Assembly: GCF_001194135.2 (NCBI RefSeq)
Contig: NC_069001.1
Coordinates: 32,818,361 to 32,882,360 of the forward strand
Direction: 5' to 3'
Source of the DNA: Octopus bimaculoides
Taxonomy: Eukaryota
DNA: 64,000 bases
The position numbers were made by a program, and so were the translations under genes. The notes under the pieces were generated by a model. The model was given only the letters and a program-made list of their open reading frames with translations. It had not been told where the DNA came from and made no database searches. Below are positions 12,057 to 24,187 of the stretch, piece after piece; positions within the stretch are counted from its first letter, which is position 1; each line of letters begins with the position of its first letter.

Positions 12057-12475
12057 NNNNNNNNNNNNNNNNNNNNNNNNNNNNNNNNNNNNNNNNNNNN
12101 NNNNNNNNNNNNNNNNNNNNNNNNNNNNNNNNNNNNNNNNNNNNNNNNNNNNNNNNNNNNNNNNNNNNNNNNNNNNNNNNNNNNNNNNNNNNNNNNNNNN
12201 NNNNNNNNNNNNNNNNNNNNNNNNNNNNNNNNNNNNNNNNNNNNNNNNNNNNNNNNNNNTTAAACACTTAAAGAACAAATATGTTATTTCAAAGTTACAA
12301 ACTTACATTTTCTCCTCAGTCCTCAAACGCTCTATTGTAATGTGTGTGTGTACCTTTTATCTTTTACTTGTCATTAGACTGTGGCCATGCCGGGGCACCG
12401 CCTTGAATTTTTAGCCAAACGAATGAATCGACCCCAGTACTTTTTTAACATTATTTACTTTATTTACATTTGATG

Positions 12476-12716
12476 GATATTCGTCCTCATCTTGTTTGTT
12501 GATATACTCTCCAGCCTTCATCAGGTGTCTTGGGGGAAATTTCGAACCTGGGTGACCTAAATAATAATAATAATAATAATATGCTCACGGGCATATGGTG
12601 TTGTGGTTAAGAGTGCAGGCTACTAACCCCAAGATTCTGAGTTCGATTCCAGGCAGTGACCTGAATAATAATAATAATAACAACATCAAAAATACCTTAG
12701 GATGAGAACCCAGGTT
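12476..12716. mobile_element. Rearranged tRNA-headed SINE with an inverted Penelope-like module
   Basis: + strand head 12589-12716 (TGGTGTTGTGG, GAGTTCGATTCC, (AAT)n, ends gagaacccaggtt); 12476-12553 on the - strand starts acccaggttcgaaat...acacCTGATGAaggctgg. Confidence 0.6.
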
Positions 12717-13059
12717 ATAACAAATCATACAAAACTGAAAAAATTAATAAACATGTAAACTGAAAAGATTAATAAACATGTAAACTGAAAAGATTAAACA
12801 TCTTATTGAATCTGATAACATTTTTTATAACAAATCATACCATTGACTATTGAGGAGGCTGAAAGTCAACAAGGTGTTGAAGTATGGAATCAAAAGGATC
12901 TAACCCTTTTAATTCAATCTTTTGTCACCACATTAACTCAATTCTTTAGTGGGGACATAACCCAATATTTTAATGGCAATTTTTTTAATGGGGTGAGATA
13001 ACCAAAAAGTACCACCGTTTCTTGCAATACATACCAATACATACATCTAAAGCAAAATT

Positions 13060-13150
13060 TTGTCAAGGGTCCTTAAAATGCTATTGTGGATCCCCAATTT
13101 ACTATACATGGACCCTCAGGGGCCATATGGACTCTGGTTGAGAACCACTG
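13060..13150 (+). mobile_element. hAT (Charlie-like) MITE end
   Basis: Ends ctggttgagaaccactg (reverse CAGTGGTTCTCAA); similar ends near 23663, 29005, 49485, 50118 and 53830. Confidence 0.6.
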
Positions 13151-14329
13151 ACTTAAATGATGATGATGAATTTTTTTTTTTGTTTTCATGTTATGTCATT
13201 TAGTACACCCCCCTTCTGCTTTAGTACACTTGTGTTTCTCTCTGTCATTCAAAGAATGTTTATGCAATTGTCACTCACCCCGCCAATGTTACCTTAACCC
13301 ACCTGGCCATGTGTGTATATCACTTGTCAACACCATCCACCTGTCTGCCACTTTGTTTGTTATCACCCATCAGCCAAGCCAAGCTTAACACTGGTGACAT
13401 CTGTATCATTGGAGATTGCTACTACTGCTACTACTGCTACTACTACTACTATTTCACATCATTATCATTATTGCTACTATGACCCACTGACACAGTGCTG
13501 CCTGTACCATCACCAACCTGACACTGACACCCATACTACCACCACCACCACCACCACCACCGCCACCACTACTACTACAACAACTACTACTACTACTGCT
13601 GCTGCTGCTACCACCATCACCATCACATCTACATTAACAAACACACTACTACCACCACCACCACCACCGTCATCCCCACCCCACCGTCATCCCCACCTTC
13701 ATTACAACTACCACTACTACTACAGTGTCACACATTCACTTTGACCAACCACTGACTGGTACTAATGAAGCAATATGAGAAGCCAGTGTTTTCCTTTTCG
13801 TTCTCGATAACCCACTCCCCACTCCCCACCCCCACTGATCTCTTCTCTGTTCCTTTTTTAAATAAGACCAACCGTTGGCACATAAGAATTGCTGTTGGTT
13901 ATAAATACAGGTCAGCTATGATCAAGCAGTTCTCCAATCAAAGCATTCCAACCATGACTTTCCCATCTTATTTTTCAAACAATGTATTAAGGGCCATAGT
14001 AATCTAGTGTGTCCTTCCTTTTGCTTAAAGATGGTAATGTCGGAAAGGCATTTGGCTGCTATTTCTAGAAAGTTGCATAGAGGTTTTCTCTGAGTGGTTG
14101 ACACTCAAAAGGATAGTTCAAATCTTGATGCAGTTATTTTGATGTTCCCAAGATAAATTTCTCCTAAAAATGGGATGCCAGTCTTTTAGAGATAATGTTT
14201 TCATAAGAATTGGCGCTTACTTCGAATATCTACAGATCTGACATGCATAGAATTGAGTGTTCTTCCCAAAGATACAACAAAATACTTCCTGTTGATTTGA
14301 ACTCAAAACCTATGAATTAGTAGCTCAAT

Positions 14330-14690
14330 CATCATCATCATCATCATCATCATCGTTTAATGTCCGTTTTCCATGCTGGCATGGGTTGGACGGTTTGCCT
14401 GAGGTTTGGAAAGCCAGTGGTTGCACCTGGTTCCAATCTGATCTGGCAATGTTCCTACAGCTGGATACCCTTCCTAATGCCAACCACTCCGAGAGTGTAG
14501 TGGGTTCTTTTTATGTGCCAGCGGCACAAGAGCCAGTCAGGGGTCACTGGCATCAACCATGTTCAGATGGTGCTTTTTACATGCCACCTGCACGGGAATA
14601 AGTCCTGGGGTCGATTTGCTCGACTAAAGGCAGTGTTCCAGCATGGCCGCATTCAAATGACTAAGAGGTAAAAGAACAAAAAAATTACTG
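14330..14690. mobile_element. Family D tail (- strand, 14330-14600) fused to a SINE B tail (+ strand)
   Basis: (CAT)n-cgtttaatgtccgttttccatgctggcatggg... then gaataagtcctggggtcgatttgctcgactaaagg. Confidence 0.8.
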
Positions 14691-15049
14691 ATATACAAAC
14701 ACTGTCACTCAATATATTATAGAACACAAGCCCATGCATCTCCCATTCATCACAGGCTGACCTGGGTCACCTATGTAATGAAATCAAGTTACTTAAAATG
14801 CAAGATGACCCTTTTACTCTTTACAATAAGGCTCTGTGTGTGTGTCAAGTATACAGTTTTGTTCTTCAGTAGGTGGAGATATGGTGGTGTTTAGAACAAC
14901 AAACTTGTGGGTTATACTTGTATATCATAGGAGGGCTGCTTACAGCCAGTAACTTTGCTCCGACACTGGAAATATTCACTCTTGCCCCTCACCCTGATTG
15001 TTACATGTACCAGAGAGACGAGGAATGTAAAATACATTTTCAATTGCTC

Positions 15050-15470
15050 GGTCTCTCTCTCTCTCTCTCTTCTCTCTTTCTCTCTCTTCTCTCTTTCTCT
15101 CTCTTCTCTCTTTCTCTCTCTTCTCTCTTTCTCTCTCTTCTCTCTTTCTCTCTCACTTTCTCCATTCTCTTTCCTCTCTCTCATTCTCTGTTTCTCTTTT
15201 CTCCACTTTCACCTTTCTTTTTCTCTGTCTCTCCTCCTCTCTGTGTGTCTTTCTCTATCTCTCTCTCATCTCTTTTCGCTCTTGTCTCTCCTTCTCTCTC
15301 TCACTATCTCTTTTCACTCATATGTTGCCTTTCATTGTCTCTCTTGCTCTCTCACTCTCTCTTCCTCTCTCTCATTCTCACTTTACAACACACACATATG
15401 CACACACACACACATTGCCTCATTGTCCCCTCCTCTCTCTCACATACATATGTTGCCTTTCACTGTCTCC
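15050..15470. repeat. (CT)-rich polypyrimidine tract; a purine-rich equivalent lies at 23300-23535
   Basis: Direct composition. Confidence 0.95.
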
Positions 15471-15874
15471 TCTCTACTTACTTCTGTTGCCATTCTTAGT
15501 TTTTCCTCTTTTAGTCTTGATGGTCTTCATACTGAAGCCAGCTTAATTGACAAATTGTTTTGCTCACTTTACAAGGATTCAATTCAAACCACTGCCAGGC
15601 TACTTTTATTGGTACTCTATTTGTTATGAATGGTTTTCGTGTGGGCAGAGGTAATGTCATGTCATCCATCCATTCATTTATACATTCATTAACTTCACGT
15701 GATTTATTTATTTATTTATTTTATTTGATCACACAATTTGTGAACATCCGTGTTAGTTCTGGTTGTACAAGCTTCCAACGAGTCAATCATTGGTTCATTG
15801 CGTTTCTGAAGCGAGAGACCAGAGATCGAGATTGACAATAGCAGTGTCTGTGCAACTCAGGCTAAACAAATATT

Positions 15875-16160
15875 ACAAAGTATTTTTGTTTGATGCACTG
15901 GTTTTTAAGAAATGTTCTCAATGAAACACACGCACAGAGAGAAATGATCACACACACACACACACTACAAAGTATTTTTGTTTGATGCACTGGTTTTTAA
16001 GAAATGTTCTCAACGAAACACATGCACAGAGAGAAATGATCACACACACACACACACACACCGCAAGGTATTTTTGTTTGATGCACTGGTTTATGAGAAA
16101 TGTTTCTCAACAACACACTTGTACACACAAACATGCACACACAGACACACACACACACAA
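15875..16160. repeat. Three tandem copies of a 92-96 bp unit ending in (CA)n
   Basis: acaaagtatttttgtttgatgcactggttt starts at 15875, 15967 and 16063. Confidence 0.9.
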
Positions 16161-16667
16161 AGATGCACATATATTCACATATGTAAGAAGGTATTGTTTC
16201 TTCTGTTTTTAGTTATATGGAATATTCCTGTTAGGAAGGAGCTGGTTTCTAACAAAGATACAAAGCTCCATTGTTGGAATGTAGATAATGAAAGAAAAAT
16301 TCACATTACAAACTTGAGAAAAGTTTTGCATATTTTTACTGTTCCACTTATTGATTGCATTTGTCTTGTGTGAGTTATCTGGTTGATTTCTTTTCCTAAA
16401 AACCATCTTTCAGATTGTGACACGTTTACTAAAAAAAACCCAAGAGCACCATTTTATTGGTGTAGATGTAAACGAGTGTGAGGGACCATATCTTTGTCTG
16501 TCTGTCTCTCCATCTGTTCTGAGTATGCCATTGAACTGCATCCAGTGGTGAATCTCCTGCTTGAGAGTTCTGTTGTTGTAGGGAGCATGGTGTCACCTCT
16601 CATTATCATTACTCTCAGGTCTCTTCTGACCCAGAACTGTACTACCTGTCAAAGTCCCATTTGTGGA

Positions 16668-16897
16668 TTAACCTTTTTGTTACCATATTTCTTTTGAGAT
16701 GCTCTGTGTTTCCTTTCAATTAATTTTAAATATGACAAAGAATTTAGTAAAATAACTTAGTTATCATTAAGCTGCTGTTAGGAACATAAATTGTGACTAA
16801 GTTTTGGTGGAAGATTTTAATTCAAAACTTTTGAAAACAAGACATTTGTACTCAGAGCCAGATCAGGTATTGGCCAGGTTGGTATTGAAAGGGTTAA
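16668..16897. mobile_element. piggyBac-type MITE P1 variant, full length
   Basis: TTAA at 16668-16671 and 16894-16897; ends cctttttgtacca / tggtattgaaaggg. Closest relative is the inverted copy at 63796-64000. Confidence 0.75.
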
Positions 16898-18185
16898 ATA
16901 GATTCCCCAAAGGTAGAAGGGGCTTCTGTTATTTTGGACAAAGCCATAGGGGGAAGGGAGCTCTTTGAGGAGAAAAATACTCTGACATAAAACCTATCAG
17001 TCAAAATTGTGTCAGTCATCTTGCAAAGCTTATCAGTGGAACCTACTGTTGCGACTGAAAGAGTGGCAAAAATGTTGTACAAGCTTCTGTTACTTAAATC
17101 CAATGATGTACAGATGTCTCATTATCTTTTCATTTCATGATCCATTTTGTACTCTATGAAGTCCTATAGTGATGGATGTGTGGTGTAAAAAGTCATATCC
17201 CACGCTCATGCTAGGGTGAAAGTAAATCAGAATAATCAGGCTGAACGTGAGATGGCTATCACCTGACTAGACGTGGCAATCATCATGTGTGTGTGTGTGT
17301 GTATGTGTTTTCTTTGAGTTTCATTTAAGTTCTTAAGAGAGTTCAAGCTGGTTGCTAACAGAATCTCAGATGGAAGATGGAGAAGCTTTGGAACGTCTTA
17401 GAAATCTTCTTGTGCCACCAGTAGATTGGATTTGGAGAATCTGCATCAGTTTTTTTTTTTCATGTAAATTTGTTGGTACATAACCTAATGCAGTATGATG
17501 ATAGGTACAAATAAGAATTTGTGTGTGTATGTGACTGGCTTCTACACAGTTTTCATGTATCAAATTTTACTTACAATGAGGATATGGTAGAAAACTCTCA
17601 CCCTAGGTGTTCTGCTTTCAAACTGAAACAAGTAAAAGCTAAAAGTTAAAAAAAGATAAACTGTCTGAAAAGACAGGATGGTCATTGACCAGTGTTGACC
17701 AGAGACTAAACTACAACCTGCTTAGAAATACTTAAGTATCAACCAATGAAAGTTAAGTGCCTAGGTTATGGGCACGATAGAATGCCAGCTACAGGATATG
17801 AACCACTGCCATTCGCTGGTGGTTCAGTAACCTGTTACTTTGGTCATTTACAGGCTCTTTGAAATATTATCACTACATTCGTGCCTGGCTAAGCGGTCAG
17901 TATTTAGCAAAGACAAAAAGAAAAAAAAAACTGCTGAAGAATCTCAGATGGTTAAGTTGGTGTAAATCTAAGAATGTTAGAATCAAAACTTGCTAATACT
18001 CGGGTTCCAGGTTCAATCCCACTACGAAGCAGTGTTTCAAATAGACCAATGTTATCTGAATGAAACTGTGCATGATTAATCCAAAACAGTGCGAATAAAT
18101 CAGCATTACATTTGACAGTAATCTGAATGTTTAAAGGGTTAAACTGAATGAGGATATACTTTATTATTATTCATTTATCGAATAA

Positions 18186-18412
18186 GGTGATGAGCTACCA
18201 GAAACATTGGCATGCCGGGCAAGATGTCTAGCAGCATTTTGTCCTTTGTCAATTTCTACGTTCTGAGTTCAAATTCTGCTGAGGTTGACTTTGCCTTTCA
18301 TCCTTTCAGGACTGATAAAATAAGTCCCACTTGAGCACTGGGGTCGATGTAATCAACTTGACCCCCCCCCCTGCTCAAAATTTCAGGCTTTGTATCTATA
18401 GTAGAAAGGATT
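18186..18412 (+). mobile_element. SINE A, full length, CpG-decayed
   Basis: Head, central and tail motifs present; (TTA)-rich sequence on both sides. Confidence 0.85.
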
Positions 18413-19424
18413 ATTATTTATTTGTCGAATAAAGCAGTGAGCTGAATGACTGAGCAGAATATCCATGATGTGACAACAAGAGGAAAAGATGGCAACACCA
18501 GCACCCAGTTAGTACTTCCTACAGCTGGATTGCTCAAAGACACAATGTAGTATCTGGGCCAGGAATTGATCCTAAGACCCTATGATAATATGCCAAACAC
18601 CCTAACCACCATGCTACTCACATTCATGCTAAATTCTAAGACAAATGAAGTGCCTTGCTCAAGGACACAATGTAGTACCCGATCAAGGAATTGATCCCAA
18701 GACCTTCTGATAATGAGCCAAATGCCCTAATCATTATACCACACACACTATCACACTAGATTCTAAGTCAATGTATCATGTATCCTGCAAACGTCACTGG
18801 TAGATACAGCTGGCTATGATTCCTTTCTTTGCCATTTCAAATATTTCTCTGTCTTTAGATTACAGTTTCTAAGTCTTGTGTGGTTGTAGTCAGTTGATAA
18901 AGAAATGGAATGAATACTTTACATCAGATAAGTTGAAAAACTAATTTTGGAACTTAAGACATTAACAAACAATATTTTGGACATCTAACAAGTGTAGGGG
19001 ACAACATGATGAATAAAATGAAGTCTCATCTCACTTCGTTTTTTTTAATCATTTATTTTTGTTATTGTTGTTGTTTATCTGAGGGACAGAGAATGGGATT
19101 TGGGGCTCATACTTCCTTATATGGTGTCTGTATTTCTTGAAAAACTAATTTTGGAAGTTAAGACATTGACAAACATTATTTTGGATATCTAACAAGTCTA
19201 GGGGGCAGCATTATGAGAATAAACTGAGGTCATATTTTACCTAATTTTTCTATCACTTATTTTTATTTTTGTTGTTGTTTATCTGTGGGAGAGAAAAGGG
19301 TTTAAGACCATACTTTCTCATATCTTTCTATACTGAGAATGAGATAGAAATAATCTGTGAAAATGTTTGTTTGTAGTAAATGGTAGGGTCCACTCACCCC
19401 ATAAAAACAACTTTCCAAAGACCA

Positions 19425-19710
19425 TATAAAAATCTCTTGGATACCACTTAGCAACTGCACAGGTCCACCTGTTGTCTGAACCTTGCAACATGTCCAGTTC
19501 AGCAAAACTTGTGTTTTCCGTACTCTGCAATGACATCATTCACTCCACTCCATTTGCAGATTATCTAATTTCAAATGTGCTCTCTTAATGATGTTCCTAG
19601 CATGGATCTTTCCATAGCCCTTTGTATCATAAGCAGTGTTCTATCCTCCTTGTAGTAGCCCACATCTCACTTGTGTATAAGAGTGCAGGTAGCATAGAGT
19701 TAGTGGGTAT
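19425..19710 (-). pseudogene. RTE-clade LINE ORF2 fragment (post-RT region), decayed
   Basis: Across frameshifts: MLPALLYTSEMW / IQRAMERSMLG / GHVAR / DNRWTCAVAKWYPR. Confidence 0.85.
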
Positions 19711-19822
19711 GAGAGGTGAATAGAGCTTTTATTTCCATATGATTTTCATGGTTACAGCTGTTTCGTAATCTCCATGTAGTATCATTAATGCATACTCAGC
19801 ATTATGCAATACGATTGTATAT

Positions 19823-20165
19823 TCACATGGTTTCTGGTTCAGTCCCACTGTGAGGCACCTTGAGTATGTCTTCTATTATAGCCTCCGGTTGACCAAAGCC
19901 TTGTAAGTGGATTTTTTTGACAGAAACTGAAAGAAGCCCGTCATGTGTGTGTTTATGTGTGTGTTTGTGTTTACGTTTGTCCCCCACCACCGTTTGACAA
20001 CCGATGCTGGTGTGTTTACGTCCCCGTAACTTATAGGTTTGGCAGAAGAAACCGATAGAATAATTACTAGACTTTAAAAAAAAAAAAAGTACTGGGGTCG
20101 ATTCGTTCAATTAAAAAGTCTTGAAGGCGGTGTTCCAGCATGGCCGCAGTCTTAATGACTAAAAC
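19823..20165 (+). mobile_element. SINE B, CpG largely retained
   Basis: Family motifs as at 2183-2550. Confidence 0.88.
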
Positions 20166-20169
20166 GAGT

Positions 20170-20430
20170 GAGTGAAAGACAGAACGGAAGGAAATGCAAC
20201 GTCAAAAATAAAACGAAGAGAAGTGACAACGGACGCTAAGATTGTTTCTGTCAGCGAAGAAGGTAATTATCAGACGGCAAAGTCTATGTACAAAACACGT
20301 TTACTGCAGAAGTTCAGGTTTGTCGCTAAAGAAATATGTTGACAGTCATCGATGTTGCGCGCGAAGGAGAAGGGTCGATGGGTTTTATTATTTTTTTACC
20401 TCTCCATCGCAGCATATACACACCCTCGGA
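20170..20430. promoter_or_regulatory. CpG-retaining non-repeat segment; possible promoter or non-coding first exon
   Basis: Frequent CpG including gttgcgcgcgaagg; donor-like GAAG|GTAATT near 20262. Confidence 0.3.
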
Positions 20431-20431
20431 G

Positions 20432-20463
<32 letters not shown>

Positions 20464-21182
20464 TCCCTCTCTCACTAGCATACACTCTCTCTCACACATG
20501 CACACATATATATATATACATACACACACACCGCTCTCCCTCTTTTACATACATTCTTTCTCTCTCTCTCACACACACTCATATACCCTTCTCTCACACA
20601 CACACTGAGTCTCTCTCATACATTCATACTCTTTCTGTCTGTCTCTTTCTCTCGCTCTCTCACAAACACCCTCTCTCTCTCTCACAAACACATACGTACG
20701 CACGCACATATAGCCTGTCTTTCTGCCTGTCTGTCTGACACACACTGCCTTTCTCTCTTTCTCTCATACACACACTCTCTCTTCCCCTTCTCTCACTCTC
20801 TCTCCCCATTTATAAGAACCAGAGATATGTTAAGAAGATTCACCTAAATAAAAACCGCCTTGATTTCCGCTTGTAGTGTCAACTTTTAAATATATTGTTT
20901 CTTTTTTTTACTTATTTGCCGTATTTTTTCTCTTCTCTTCCCACTAATCTAGTTTTCCCATCACTGTTCTTCTGGGTTGATATTCCTTAACCTAGTTCTT
21001 TATCTACAGCTCTCCCTTTTTAAATAGGTCTGCTGTACACTATCACTCCCGATCCCTTTTACTACCTGCCCTTAAGGAATCCAGCTAGGTAGTATTTTTT
21101 TTTGTTTTTTTTTGCCCTACATTTTTATTCTTAATGTAGATTAACGTTTATTTATGAATTTCATTTTATATATTTTAATGTT

Positions 21183-21345
21183 TGGTTGTGTGGTTAAGAG
21201 ACTTGCTTTGCAACAGTGTCGTTGCAGGATCAATTCCCACTGCATGGCCTATTGGGCAAGTGTCTTCTACTATAATCCTGAGTCTTGTGAGTGGGTTGGT
21301 GGACAGAAACTGTGTGGAAGACTGTCATGTGTGTTTGTGTATGTA

Positions 21346-21383
<38 letters not shown>

Positions 21384-22160
21384 CCGGCCATGACGAAGGG
21401 AAATAGCCCTGAAACTCGAGTCGCCTTTATATATATATATTTATATTTATATATTTATATACTTGATCCTTTATATTGAACACTCAATATTTCATCTACA
21501 TTCAATACTTTCTTTCATGGTGCCATCCATTTTTATTTTATTTTATTTTATATTGTATATTGTATATCATATTATATATTGTATATTCCATATTCTATAC
21601 NNNNNNNNNNNNNNNNNNNNNNNNNNNNNNNNNNNNNNNNNNNNNNNNNNNNNNNNNNNNNNNNNNNNNNNNNNNNNNNNNNNNNNNNNNNNNNNNNNNN
21701 NNNNNNNNNNNNNNNNNNNNNNNNNNNNNNNNNNNNNNNNNNNNNNNNNNNNNNNNNNNNNNNNNNNNNNNNNNNNNNNNNNNNNNNNNNNNNNNNNNNN
21801 NNNNNNNNNNNNNNNNNNNNNNNNNNNNNNNNNNNNNNNNNNNNNNNNNNNNNNNNNNNNNNNNNNNNNNNNNNNNNNNNNNNNNNNNNNNNNNNNNNNN
21901 NNNNNNNNNNNNNNNNNNNNNNNNNNNNNNNNTGTGTGTGTGTGTGTGTATGTCTGTGTGTCTGTGTTTGTCCTGCCAACATCGTTTGACAACTGAAGCT
22001 GTTTTGTCTACATCCCCGTAACTTAGCAGTTCGGCAAAAGAGCCTGATAGAATAAGTACTAGGCTTACAAAGAATAAGTCCTGGGGGCGATTTGCTTGAC
22101 TAAAAGCGGTGCCCCAGCATGGCTGCAGTCAAATGACTGAAACAAGTAAAAGAAAAAAAG
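21183..22160 (+). mobile_element. SINE B whose microsatellite spacer holds a hammerhead-like insert and a gap
   Basis: Head 21183-21330; 3' half 21933-22160. Confidence 0.7.
21386..21425 (+). ncRNA. Minimal type-I hammerhead ribozyme motif (Penelope-like remnant) with one extra core nucleotide
   Basis: GGC-C(A)UGACGA-AGGG/AAAUAG/CCCU-GAAA-C-UCGA-G-UC^GCC; all three stems pair. Confidence 0.6.
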
Positions 22161-22184
22161 AGTAATATATATATGTCTATATAT

Positions 22185-22763
22185 CATCATCATCATTTAG
22201 CGTCTGTTTTCCATGCTGGCATGAGTTAGATTGTTTGACTGGAACTGGTGAGCTGTGCCAGGCTCCAGTTGGTTTTTGCTTGGTTTCCCCCACTGGATGT
22301 CCTTCCTAATGCCAACCACTCCACAGTGTGTACCTGGTGCCTTTTTTGCGTGTCACTGGCACGAGTGTCTTTTACCATGTCACCAGCACTGGCCACAGCT
22401 ATGTTTTCACGTAGCTTGATGTGTCTTCTCAAACACAGAGTAGAAAACAGAGTAGAAAGAATAATAATAATAATTATTATTTGTTGGTGTTTTATGTGTA
22501 AAAATTAAAAGAAAGTGTAGGGTTATGTGGCTCCTCTAGTTCTGTCTCATCCACAAGAAAATACACTCAATACACTCTGTAAAGTGGCTGGTGCAAAGAA
22601 GGGCATCGCTCCTTAGAAACCAGGCCTAAGACATGCATGAGTGCTGGTTTCTTTGGGAGGAGTCTTGGGCCATGATGAGCCATCCATGCTAGCCTGGAAA
22701 GCAGATGTGAAATGGTGACGCTGATGTTGATGGTGTTGATGGTGATGTAGATAGTGATAGTGA

Positions 22764-22823
<60 letters not shown>

Positions 22824-22830
22824 CGTCCAT
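22185..22830. mobile_element. Two family D tails in opposite orientation (22185-22430 -, 22555-22830 +)
   Basis: (CAT)n start on the first; long (GAT)n/(GCT)n tail on the second. Confidence 0.7.
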
Positions 22831-23778
22831 GTTTGCATCGATGGGGATAATTTTGTTGGGTCAGTAATATTTTACAGTTGGATGATATCACTACTACATG
22901 TTTAAGCATTCACCCATGAAATAGGTGTGGAAATAGCTATTTTGTCAATTAGGTCAAACATCTGGAGCAAGCAGAATTATGTGTGTGTGTGTGTGTGTGT
23001 GTTTGTGTTGTTTAGTTACATACTAATGTCTGTTGGAAGACAGGAAGGTATGAAAATTAGTTTTTGTTTTCTGTCGTTTGGGTATGGCTGAGTGGCCTTT
23101 GAATGTGTTTCAGTGACTACTTCTTTGGCACAGGAGACAAACACACACACACATACACACACACATGCATGTGTAGAAATACACACACACATACACACAT
23201 ATGGAGAGGGATTACAATTGATTAATTGAGTGTAATTGGCCTTAATTGACATAAACATGTTCCCTCTTCTCATACTGCTAAAAGAAATATACTCATATAC
23301 ATAAACAGAGAGAGAGAGAGAAACAGAGAGAGAGATGGGGATAGAAGAGAGAAGGAAAGATGGAGGAGAGAGAGAAGGAGAGGGAAAGCACAGAGAGAAA
23401 AGAGAAAGAGAAGGAAGAGAGTGAGAGAGAGATAGGAAGAGGGAAAAGAGAGAGAAGAGAAAGAGAGAGGGAAAGGGAATAGAGAGGAGAGAGTGAGGGG
23501 GAGAGGGGAAGGGAGAGAGAGATAGAATGAGAGAAATATTAAAGCATCTGTTGTAAGTCAGCCTCAAATGGGTGGCACCAAATGGGTGGCACCAAAACAG
23601 CTCTGCTAAAATGTCTCAAACCCATTCAATGGTGTCCATTTTTTCTTTTCTAAAATAGTAAAGCAGTGTTTCTCAGCCATTTGTTTCCTATTGGCCCTTT
23701 GAGTTTTATTTTACTCCCGTGGACCCCTTTCCTCCCATAACCATTCATTTGTTAGTTATTAAAAAAAAATCCTATTAT

Positions 23779-24187
23779 AGACCCCTCAAGACATGGGATG
23801 AAGTGGTGAGAAAGGATCTACAGACGTCAGGCCTCACAGAGGAGATGACAAGGGGCTGAGGCTTCTGGTGGTTTGCAGTGCTTGGGAAGACACGTTCAGC
23901 TAAGCAAAAATAATTGGTTGTCCCCTACATCCCTCTTCAGGTTAGCAATCCTTATCTTGCAGGCTCATGGGTGCTGGTATCCCATAAAAAGCACCCATGT
24001 TGGTGTCACATAAAAAACCCCCCAAAAAACACCCAGTCCACTCTGTGAAGTGGTTGGCATAAGGAGGGGCATCTATCTGTAGAAACCATGTGAAACAGAC
24101 CTTGGAGCCCAGGCAGGTCTTTAGCTGGCCAGCTCCTGTCAAACCGTCCAACCCATATCAGCATGGAAAATGGACGTTAAATGATGA
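23779..24187 (+). mobile_element. 5'-truncated RTE LINE: ORF2 C-terminus plus family D 3' UTR
   Basis: RPLKTWDEVVRKDLQTSGLTEEMTRG*GFWWFAVLGKT followed by the D tail ending ggacgttaaatgatga. Confidence 0.85.

Noticed and set aside
16900-17125. About 70-codon frame with a single stop, and its antisense ORF
   Set aside because: No recognisable motif and no convincing splice sites.
17370-17420. MEDGEALERLRNLLVPP candidate exon
   Set aside because: Donor CA|GTAGAT and acceptor are both weak; kept out of the candidate set.
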